Source: an uncultured Alphaproteobacteria bacterium (GTDB taxonomy: Bacteria > Pseudomonadota > Alphaproteobacteria > HIMB59 > GCA-002718135). Taken from it: a stretch of DNA of 64,000 bases. The notes beneath the pieces were generated by a model that worked only from the letters and a program-made list of their open reading frames with translations, had not been told where the DNA came from and made no database searches. The translations under genes and the position numbers were made by a program. The stretch is taken from positions 8,168 to 72,167 of the forward strand of contig CACHLW010000003.1 of the NCBI GenBank assembly GCA_902580765.1. Direction: 5' to 3'. Positions within the stretch are counted from its first letter, which is position 1, and the number at the start of each line of letters is the position of its first letter. Positions 57,467 to 64,000 of this stretch are shown in pieces.

Positions 57467-57546
57467 ATATTACTAAAATTAAGTTGACAATTTACCAGAA
57501 AAATTCATGTTAAAACAATAATATTAACAAATTTCTGGGAGGAAAA

Positions 57547-58797
57547 ATGAGATTAATAAAATTATTTTTAAGTGTCATTTTTTTGTTAGGAATATCATTT
57601 AATGCCAATGCAGTAACAATCAAATGGCTTGGATTGGCACAAGATGACTCTGCGCATAAAGAAGACATCGATGCAGCAATTGCTGATTGGGAAGCAAAAA
57701 CTGGCCATGAAGTTAAGTGGCAGTATATGGCTGGTCCAGACTTAAAACTGAAATTACCTACAATGTTACAAAGTGACGATGCTCCTCATTTATTTTATAG
57801 TTGGGGTGGAGGAGTTATGTTTGATCAAGCAGATGCTGGATTTTTACAAGACATTTCTGCTATGGTTCCAGATAGTTATTTAGAAAATTTAAGTCCTGCA
57901 GCAGCAGACGCTTTTACATACAAAGGTGAAAGAGTTGGTCTTCCAAATTTATTTAACCAAGTAGTATTTTGGTACAATAAAGATTTAACTGAAAAAGCAG
58001 GAGTAGATCCCTCAAAGGTTGTTATGTGGAACGATCTTTTAGAAGTAGTAAAAGATATAAAAGATGCTGGAATAACACCAATTTGTGTTGGTGGTAAAAA
58101 TAAATGGCCTATTCATTTCTATTGGACACTACTCCATGTAAGAAACGGAGGCAAAGCAGCTTTCTTTGACGCTTTAGAAAATGGCGGATGGGATAGAGAA
58201 GAATACATTAAATCTGGATATGAATTCCAACAGCTTGTTGACCTTGAACCTTTTCAAGATGGTTTCATGGCAGTTGAATATGGTGATGCTTCAGCAGCAT
58301 TTGGTAACGGAGAATGTGCACTTCACCTAATGGGAAGTTGGGATTACAATGGTGCTAAAAGAAGAAGTACTTCTGGGGAAGGAATTCCTGATGATAGAAT
58401 GGGAACATTCCAATTTCCAATGACAGAAAATGGAAAAGGAAATCCTTCAGATACACTTGGTGGAATTAATGGATGGTTAGTTTCTAAAAATGCACCAAAA
58501 GAAGCAGTTGATTTCTTAATGCATTATATTTCAATGAAATATCAATCAATGGGAGCAAAAAGTGGAGCGTATATGCCTATTTACAAAGGAGCTGAAACAG
58601 AAATGGGTAACAGATTCTTTAAGCAACAGGCGCTTAACGTTGCAAACTCAACCTTCCATTCTATTTTCTGGGATCAATATCTCGGAAGAGATATTGGTGA
58701 GGTTGTAAATGATGTTTCAGTTGAACTAGCAACTAAAGACATCACTCCAGAAGAAGCTTGTCAAAGAGTACAAGAGGCTTGGGAGTTTAATCAATAA
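57547..58797 (+). CDS. CUT1-type substrate-binding protein (Sec signal)
   Basis: 416 aa. Signal ends ISFNANA-VTIK. SD GGGAGGA. SBP_bac_1-like. Confidence 0.8.
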   Translation: MRLIKLFLSVIFLLGISFNANAVTIKWLGLAQDDSAHKEDIDAAIADWEAKTGHEVKWQYMAGPDLKLKLPTMLQSDDAPHLFYSWGGGVMFDQADAGFLQDISAMVPDSYLENLSPAAADAFTYKGERVGLPNLFNQVVFWYNKDLTEKAGVDPSKVVMWNDLLEVVKDIKDAGITPICVGGKNKWPIHFYWTLLHVRNGGKAAFFDALENGGWDREEYIKSGYEFQQLVDLEPFQDGFMAVEYGDASAAFGNGECALHLMGSWDYNGAKRRSTSGEGIPDDRMGTFQFPMTENGKGNPSDTLGGINGWLVSKNAPKEAVDFLMHYISMKYQSMGAKSGAYMPIYKGAETEMGNRFFKQQALNVANSTFHSIFWDQYLGRDIGEVVNDVSVELATKDITPEEACQRVQEAWEFNQ

Positions 58798-58806
58798 ATA
58801 TTAAAT

Positions 58807-58832
58807 AGAGGGGCAAATAATTTTGCCCCTCT
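58807..58832 (+). terminator. Intra-operon hairpin after SBP gene
   Basis: agaggggcaaa-taat-tttgcccctct forms a perfect 11-bp GC-rich stem. The T-run lies about 13 nt downstream. Confidence 0.55.
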
Positions 58833-58853
58833 GTATAAAAGTTATTTTTTTGA

Positions 58854-59750
58854 ATGATAAAGAAAAACATCACATCTGCATTTGTTGAAAAATATTCCAC
58901 AATAATAATTTTTTTAGTTCCAGCATTAACTTTATTTACTGTTTTCGTTGTTATGCCAATTTTTGAAGCAGCTTATTTTAGTTTTTATCGATGGAACGGA
59001 ATGGGAGCACCAGAAAAATATGTTGGATTTAAAAATTACGCTTTTTTATTTAAGAACGGTATTTTTTTAAATGCTCTGAAAAATAATTTTTGGATTATAT
59101 TTGTTTCACTTTTTATTCAATTACCTTTTGCATTATTTCTCGCACTTTTTTTAGCCAATAATTTTAGAGGAGCTGCTGTTTTTAGAAGTTTGTTTTTTTT
59201 ACCATATATTTTAGCAGAAATTGTTGCGAGTTTGATTTGGGTTTATATTTATAAAGGAGATTATGGATTAGTTGGTGCTATTTGGGGTTTGTTTGGAGCT
59301 GACGCACCTTGGATTACTGCAGACAAAGAGTGGGCATTGACCGCCATACTAATAGTTGTTGTTTGGAAATATTTTGGAATACATATGATGATTATGATCT
59401 CAGGTCTTCAAGGAATATCAAAAGAAGTAATAGAGGCTGCAAAAATTGATGGAGCCGGTCCAGTAACTACTGCTTTAAGAATTAAAATACCAATTTTATG
59501 GCCAACAATTACTTTATCTATTTTCCTTTCTACGCTTGGAAGTTTACAACTATTTGATTTAATTATGCCTCTAACAATGGGAGGTCCATCAAATGTTACT
59601 CACTCAATGGTTACTTACTTGTATGATTTTGGTGTTGGAAGAATGAGACTTGGTTTTGGAAGTGCTATTAGTGTAGTAATTTTTATAATTTGTTTTGTCG
59701 TTGCTTTAATTTATCAAACAACAATTTTAAAAGATAAAGGATATAACTAA
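58854..59750 (+). CDS. CUT1 ABC permease (MalF-like)
   Basis: 298 aa. EAA loop EAAKIDGAGPVTTALRIKIP. Confidence 0.85.
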   Translation: MIKKNITSAFVEKYSTIIIFLVPALTLFTVFVVMPIFEAAYFSFYRWNGMGAPEKYVGFKNYAFLFKNGIFLNALKNNFWIIFVSLFIQLPFALFLALFLANNFRGAAVFRSLFFLPYILAEIVASLIWVYIYKGDYGLVGAIWGLFGADAPWITADKEWALTAILIVVVWKYFGIHMMIMISGLQGISKEVIEAAKIDGAGPVTTALRIKIPILWPTITLSIFLSTLGSLQLFDLIMPLTMGGPSNVTHSMVTYLYDFGVGRMRLGFGSAISVVIFIICFVVALIYQTTILKDKGYN

Positions 59751-60574
59751 TGCAATCAAAATTATCAAAATTTTATATGTACCTTTTCTTATCTTTTTTA
59801 GCAGGAATAATTTTAGTACCTTTATACTTAACTTTTATAAGTAGCTTTAAAACATTAGGTGATTTAAGTTCAAATGTCATTGGATTACCAAGAGAGTGGA
59901 TTTTTTCAAATTATACAGATGTTTTTGGTATGGAATATTTTTGGTCATTTGCCTGGAATTCACTTGTATATGGAGTCTTAACGACAGTGTTAACTTTAAT
60001 TTGTGCATCTATGGCAGCATTTGTATTCGCTCATATTAGATTTTTTGGAAATAGATTTTTATTTAATTATTTGTTGATTGGATTAATGTTTCCTTTTGCT
60101 TCAGCAATCATTCCTTTATTTCTAAAGGTAAGAGATTTTGGATTACTTGGAACTTATTGGGCAGTTGTTTTACCTCAAATCGCTTTTGGTCTTGGATTTG
60201 CTATTTTACTTTTTAGAGGTTTTTTCAAACAAATACCGCCGGAATTATTTGATGCTGCATACGTTGATGGTTGTAATTATTCAAATTTCTTTTTCCGAAT
60301 AACGATCCCACTATCTGTTCCAATATTTTCTACTGTGGCAGTTGTAACTTTTGTAACAAGCTGGAATAATTATCTACTTCCATTAATTATGGTTAGTAAT
60401 GAGGAGTTATACCCTTGGCCTATGGGTATAATGTTTTTTAGAGGTGAGTATGACACAGATTGGTCAATGGTTCTAACTTACGTTTCTTTAACATTAATAC
60501 CTGCGATAGTATTTTTTCTCTTAGCTCAAAAATACATCATTGCTGGACTTACTGGTGGAGCAGTAAAAGAGTAA
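59750..60574 (+). CDS. CUT1 ABC permease (MalG-like)
   Basis: 274 aa. EAA-like loop DAAYVDGCNYSNFFFRITIP. TAATG overlap. Confidence 0.85.
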   Translation: MQSKLSKFYMYLFLSFLAGIILVPLYLTFISSFKTLGDLSSNVIGLPREWIFSNYTDVFGMEYFWSFAWNSLVYGVLTTVLTLICASMAAFVFAHIRFFGNRFLFNYLLIGLMFPFASAIIPLFLKVRDFGLLGTYWAVVLPQIAFGLGFAILLFRGFFKQIPPELFDAAYVDGCNYSNFFFRITIPLSVPIFSTVAVVTFVTSWNNYLLPLIMVSNEELYPWPMGIMFFRGEYDTDWSMVLTYVSLTLIPAIVFFLLAQKYIIAGLTGGAVKE

Positions 60575-61287
60575 TGCTGAAAGAAAATGAAGTAAAATTC
60601 TATAATCAAAATGGTTATTTAATTTTAAAGGATAAATTGGACAAGAAGACATTGTCAGATTTGAAAAATTCAACAACTCAACTGATAGAGGAGTTTAAAA
60701 AAAATCAATCAACTTTTATAAGAGATAAAAATAGAAATATATCTAAGCATGGTAAAATGTTTTTATCCAATCGTTGTGAAGATTTTCCTCTGATGGAAAA
60801 ATTCACTAAAGGTAATTTTGTTAAATCTATTTGTAGGTCAATTTTAGGTGAAAAAATTTACTTATTTAATGAACAGGTAGTTAATAAGGAGCCACAAACT
60901 GAAAGTAAATTTGCGTGGCATCAAGATTCTGGTTATGTAGGCCATGATCATAAGGCATATCTATCTATTTGGATTGCCTTATGTGACACAAATGAAAATA
61001 ATGGAGCATTAAGAATATTGCCAATAAATCTAGAAAGAGAAGCTAAAATTGAAGAACATGTTTGGTCCGAACAATCATCAGATTTAAGTATGAAAGTTCA
61101 GGAAGAGAAGTCAATTTCGTGTACAATTGAGGAAGGTGGATTAGTTTTATTTTCTAGTAGAACACCCCATGCTTCTTTTCCAAATAAATCAAACAAAAAC
61201 AGACCAGCATATTTATGCCAATACTCATCTGAGCCAATTATACCTCCGCCTGGTTCAAATAAAAAATTTAGAGCAGAGTTAATTTAA
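60574..61287 (+). CDS. PhyH-family Fe(II)/2-oxoglutarate dioxygenase (paralog 3)
   Basis: Start set at the TAATG overlap (MLKENEVKFYNQNGYLILKD). AWHQDSGY (H-x-D) and a distal RTPHAS His. Confidence 0.7.
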   Translation: MLKENEVKFYNQNGYLILKDKLDKKTLSDLKNSTTQLIEEFKKNQSTFIRDKNRNISKHGKMFLSNRCEDFPLMEKFTKGNFVKSICRSILGEKIYLFNEQVVNKEPQTESKFAWHQDSGYVGHDHKAYLSIWIALCDTNENNGALRILPINLEREAKIEEHVWSEQSSDLSMKVQEEKSISCTIEEGGLVLFSSRTPHASFPNKSNKNRPAYLCQYSSEPIIPPPGSNKKFRAELI

Positions 61288-62429
61288 TGAAAGTTGGGAT
61301 TGTAGGATGTGGAAATATAGCAGATATATATTTTAAAAATTCTCAAAAATATTTTAATAATTTTGACATCATTGCATGTGCAGATATTAATGAAGATGCT
61401 TCTGTTCATTATTCAAAACTTTATGGAGTGGAAAATTTATCAGTGGATAAATTATTAAATCATAGTGAAATAGAATTAATTATTAATTTAACAATTCCTG
61501 ACGTCCACTTTGAAGTCTCGCAATCAATTCTTCAAGCTGGAAAGCATTCATACTCTGAAAAACCTCTTTCAATTGAATTTAACCACGGAAAGCAATTGTT
61601 AGATTTATCGAAAGAGAAAAATTTGTATTTAGGTTGTGCGCCCGATACATTTCTGGGGGCAGGTATTCAAGAATCAAAGAAAATTTTAGAAAATAATATA
61701 ATTGGAAATATTAATATGGGTAGTATTGCGATGGGTGTTGCGGGTCACGAAATATGGCATCCTAATCCAGATTTTTATTATAAGTATGGTGGAGGACCAG
61801 TATTGGATATGGGTCCTTACTATTTTACAGCATTAGTCAACTTATTAGGTCCTGCAAAATCTGTCTATTCTCAATCTAGAACAGTTTATAATAAAAGAAT
61901 TATAGGAAGTGGTAGCAGAAAAGATGAAGAAGTAATTGTAGATATTCCAACAACTCTAGTTTCTCAAATTGAGTTTGACAATGGCGCGCTTATAGACTCT
62001 TTTTTCTCTTTTGATACATGGAAACATAATAAAAACCATATTGAGCTTTATGGAGATAAAGGATCAATAAATATTCCAGATCCTAATACTTTTGGTGGTT
62101 CAATAAATATTTGTACATCAAAAAATGGAGAATGGGAAACTATAGCAACTGATAAAAATAATTTAGGAAAGATCAATATCCATAATAGTAAAAAAACAAA
62201 TGAAAATCCTGGCATTGCCAATTATAGAGGAATTGGTGTTAGTGAGATGGTTGATTCTATAAATAACAAAAGATTAAACAGGTGTAGTGGTGAATTAAGT
62301 TTACATGTTTTAGATATATTAGATACAATTATTAAATCTTCTGAAAATGATAAAAAATTACAATTAAGAAGCTCTATCAATGAAGTTAGTTATTTTGGTG
62401 AGGATGAAATAAGTAAATTATTAAACTGA
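61287..62429 (+). CDS. Gfo/Idh/MocA family oxidoreductase (ThuB-like position)
   Basis: 380 aa. VGIVGCGNIADIY Rossmann motif, SEKP and GGGPVLDMGPYYFTALVNLLGP. Paralog of 33654-34805. TAATG overlap with the PhyH gene. Confidence 0.75.
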   Translation: MKVGIVGCGNIADIYFKNSQKYFNNFDIIACADINEDASVHYSKLYGVENLSVDKLLNHSEIELIINLTIPDVHFEVSQSILQAGKHSYSEKPLSIEFNHGKQLLDLSKEKNLYLGCAPDTFLGAGIQESKKILENNIIGNINMGSIAMGVAGHEIWHPNPDFYYKYGGGPVLDMGPYYFTALVNLLGPAKSVYSQSRTVYNKRIIGSGSRKDEEVIVDIPTTLVSQIEFDNGALIDSFFSFDTWKHNKNHIELYGDKGSINIPDPNTFGGSINICTSKNGEWETIATDKNNLGKINIHNSKKTNENPGIANYRGIGVSEMVDSINNKRLNRCSGELSLHVLDILDTIIKSSENDKKLQLRSSINEVSYFGEDEISKLLN

Positions 62430-62440
62430 AAGGAAAATGA

Positions 62441-63154
62441 ATGAAAAAAGCTCTTATAGTTTATGGTGGTTGGCCTGGCCATGAGCCAGAGAAATGTACT
62501 GAAATAATTAAAGGTATGCTTGAGCCTGAAGGATACGAAGTTAGAGCTGAATATCAAACTTCAGCATTTGCACAGGATTATGTTCACGAAATGGATTTGT
62601 TAATACCCATAGTCACCATGGCTTTTCATTTTGATCCTCGAGGAGAAATAAAAAAAACTGCTGTTAACAATGTTATCAAAGCTGTTCATAATGGTTGTGG
62701 CCTTGCCGGTCACCACGGTGGAATGTGTGATGCATTTAGACAGTCAATTGATTGGCAGTTTTTAACAGGAGGTCAATGGGTAAGTCACCCAAATGGTATT
62801 CATGATTATAAAGTAAATATAACAAAAAAAGATGATCCAATTATGGAAGGTATTGAAGATTTTGATTATCATTCAGAGCAATATTATATGCATGTTGATC
62901 CATTAAATGAAGTTTTGGCAACTACAACTTTTAAAGGTAATGAAGTTTGGAAGCTTGAACAAGAACCTGGTTCATCAAGTGGTGACGCATATACAACAGA
63001 ATGGTTAAAAGGTGTAGAAATGCCAGTTGCTTGGAAAAGACGAATTGGGAAAGGAAAAATTTTTTATATCTCTCTTGGTCATTTTGCACATGAATTAAAC
63101 CATCCACAAATGAACAAAATTTATAAACGTGGTTTACTTTGGGCATCAAGATAG
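62441..63154 (+). CDS. ThuA-like (trehalose-utilisation, class I glutamine-amidotransferase-like fold) protein
   Basis: 237 aa. N-terminal KKALIVYGGWPGHEPEK and C-terminal FYISLGH resemble ThuA-domain proteins. Confidence 0.6.
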   Translation: MKKALIVYGGWPGHEPEKCTEIIKGMLEPEGYEVRAEYQTSAFAQDYVHEMDLLIPIVTMAFHFDPRGEIKKTAVNNVIKAVHNGCGLAGHHGGMCDAFRQSIDWQFLTGGQWVSHPNGIHDYKVNITKKDDPIMEGIEDFDYHSEQYYMHVDPLNEVLATTTFKGNEVWKLEQEPGSSSGDAYTTEWLKGVEMPVAWKRRIGKGKIFYISLGHFAHELNHPQMNKIYKRGLLWASR

Positions 63155-63177
63155 AGTAATATAATACAGGAAATCAT

Positions 63178-64000
63178 ATGACTGAATACTTTAGTAAAAT
63201 ACCAGAGATTAAATTTGAGGGCGAAGAAAGCACAAATGCGTTTGCTTTTAAGTTTTACGATGAAAATAAAAAAGTTTTAGGCAAGTCTATGAAAGAACAT
63301 TTAAGGTTTGCTACTTGTTATTGGCATACATTTACTTGGCCTGGCTTGGATCCATTTGGTGGTCAAACATTTGATAGACCGTGGATGCAAGCAGGTGATG
63401 AAATGAAAATGGCTGAAATGAAACTTGATGCTGCATTTGATTTTTTCACTAAAATAAAAACACCTTTTTTCTGCTTTCACGATAGAGATATTTCACCTGA
63501 AGGTTCAAATTATGCTGAGACACAAAAAAATTTCTTTCATATTATAGATTTAATGGAACAAAAAATTAATGACTCAGGAATGAAATTACTTTGGGGAACA
63601 GCAAATGCTTTTTCTCATAAAAGATATATGAGTGGTGCTTCTACTAATCCAGACCCAGAAGTTTTTGCATATAAAGCTGCACAAGTAAAAGATTGTATGG
63701 ATGCAACGATGAGATTGGGCGGTCAAAACTACGTTCTTTGGGGTGGAAGAGAAGGATACGAAACTATTCTGAATACTGATATGACTAAGGAAACAGCTAA
63801 TCTTCAAAGATTTTTAGAATTAGTTGTTAATTATAAACACAAGATAGGATTTAAAGGTCAAATTTTATTGGAACCAAAACCTCATGAACCAACTAAACAT
63901 CAATATGACTTTGATTCTGCAACTTGCTTAGCGTTTTTACGAAAGGCAGGTTTAGAAAATGAGATTAAACTAAATGTTGAAGTTAATCATGCAACTTTGT
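63178..64000 (+). CDS. xylA: Xylose isomerase (N-terminal about 274 aa; runs off the window end)
   Basis: Hand translation gives [52 protein letters not shown]...LLWGTANAF...[18 protein letters not shown]...[17 protein letters not shown]...[10 protein letters not shown], collinear with E. coli XylA. Absent from the ORF track because it is truncated. Confidence 0.85.
   Translation, partial: MTEYFSKIPEIKFEGEESTNAFAFKFYDENKKVLGKSMKEHLRFATCYWHTFTWPGLDPFGGQTFDRPWMQAGDEMKMAEMKLDAAFDFFTKIKTPFFCFHDRDISPEGSNYAETQKNFFHIIDLMEQKINDSGMKLLWGTANAFSHKRYMSGASTNPDPEVFAYKAAQVKDCMDATMRLGGQNYVLWGGREGYETILNTDMTKETANLQRFLELVVNYKHKIGFKGQILLEPKPHEPTKHQYDFDSATCLAFLRKAGLENEIKLNVEVNHATL

Noticed and set aside
57484-57546. 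Possible sigma-70 promoter (TTGACA at 57484-57489) upstream of the 57547 SBP gene
   Set aside because: A perfect -35 hexamer is present, but no convincing -10 hexamer sits at 16-19 nt spacing. In DNA this AT-rich, hexamer matches are expected by chance, so it is not reported as a feature.
1-64000. CRISPR arrays, IS elements, transposases, integrases, toxin-antitoxin or defence-system genes
   Set aside because: I looked for regularly spaced short repeats, terminal inverted repeats and characteristic protein motifs on both strands. Apart from the tRNA duplication, nothing was found, and the window is metabolic throughout.

Overview
This is a very AT-rich, tightly packed bacterial chromosome segment with about 64 protein genes and 2 tRNA genes. 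Many same-strand genes overlap as ATGA or TAATG, and several convergent gene pairs abut or share a TTAA. The style resembles a streamlined marine alphaproteobacterium (Pelagibacterales or HIMB59/AEGEAN-169-like), but that is only a guess from composition and protein flavour.

Almost everything encoded is carbohydrate uptake and catabolism:
- **1-8.5 kb:** housekeeping and surface genes. These include a DsbB-like gene, DedA, an MFS-like gene, a methyltransferase, and a GT9-like gene bracketed by two identical tRNA-Leu(CAA) copies. A galE-galT-sufE-flavin reductase operon follows.
- **8.5-26.4 kb:** deoxyhexose catabolism. This covers rhaM, a lactonase-like amidohydrolase, a CUT1 ABC importer with the window's only MalK-type ATPase, and an RraA-like aldolase. 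It also holds a MaoC/CoA-transferase module fused to an apparently complete non-phosphorylative L-fucose route (FucD, SDR, FAH hydrolase, LldD).
- **26.5-39.6 kb:** an orphan iolD, two 2-hydroxyacid dehydrogenases, two CUT2 ABC importers, a PhyH dioxygenase and a membrane desaturase-like enzyme.
- **40-64 kb:** three more CUT1 importers, five leaderless Cys-type sulfatases, a leaderless GH42-like enzyme, two more PhyH-family dioxygenases, a Gfo/Idh/MocA plus ThuA-like pair, and xylA.

The most interesting reading is an ABC-importer-based scavenging system for sulfated sugars with cytoplasmic desulfation, associated with uncharacterised Fe(II)/2-oxoglutarate dioxygenases. No transposase, integrase, CRISPR array, rRNA or recognisable transcription factor was seen. 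All functional calls come from motif and family recognition by eye; no searches were run.
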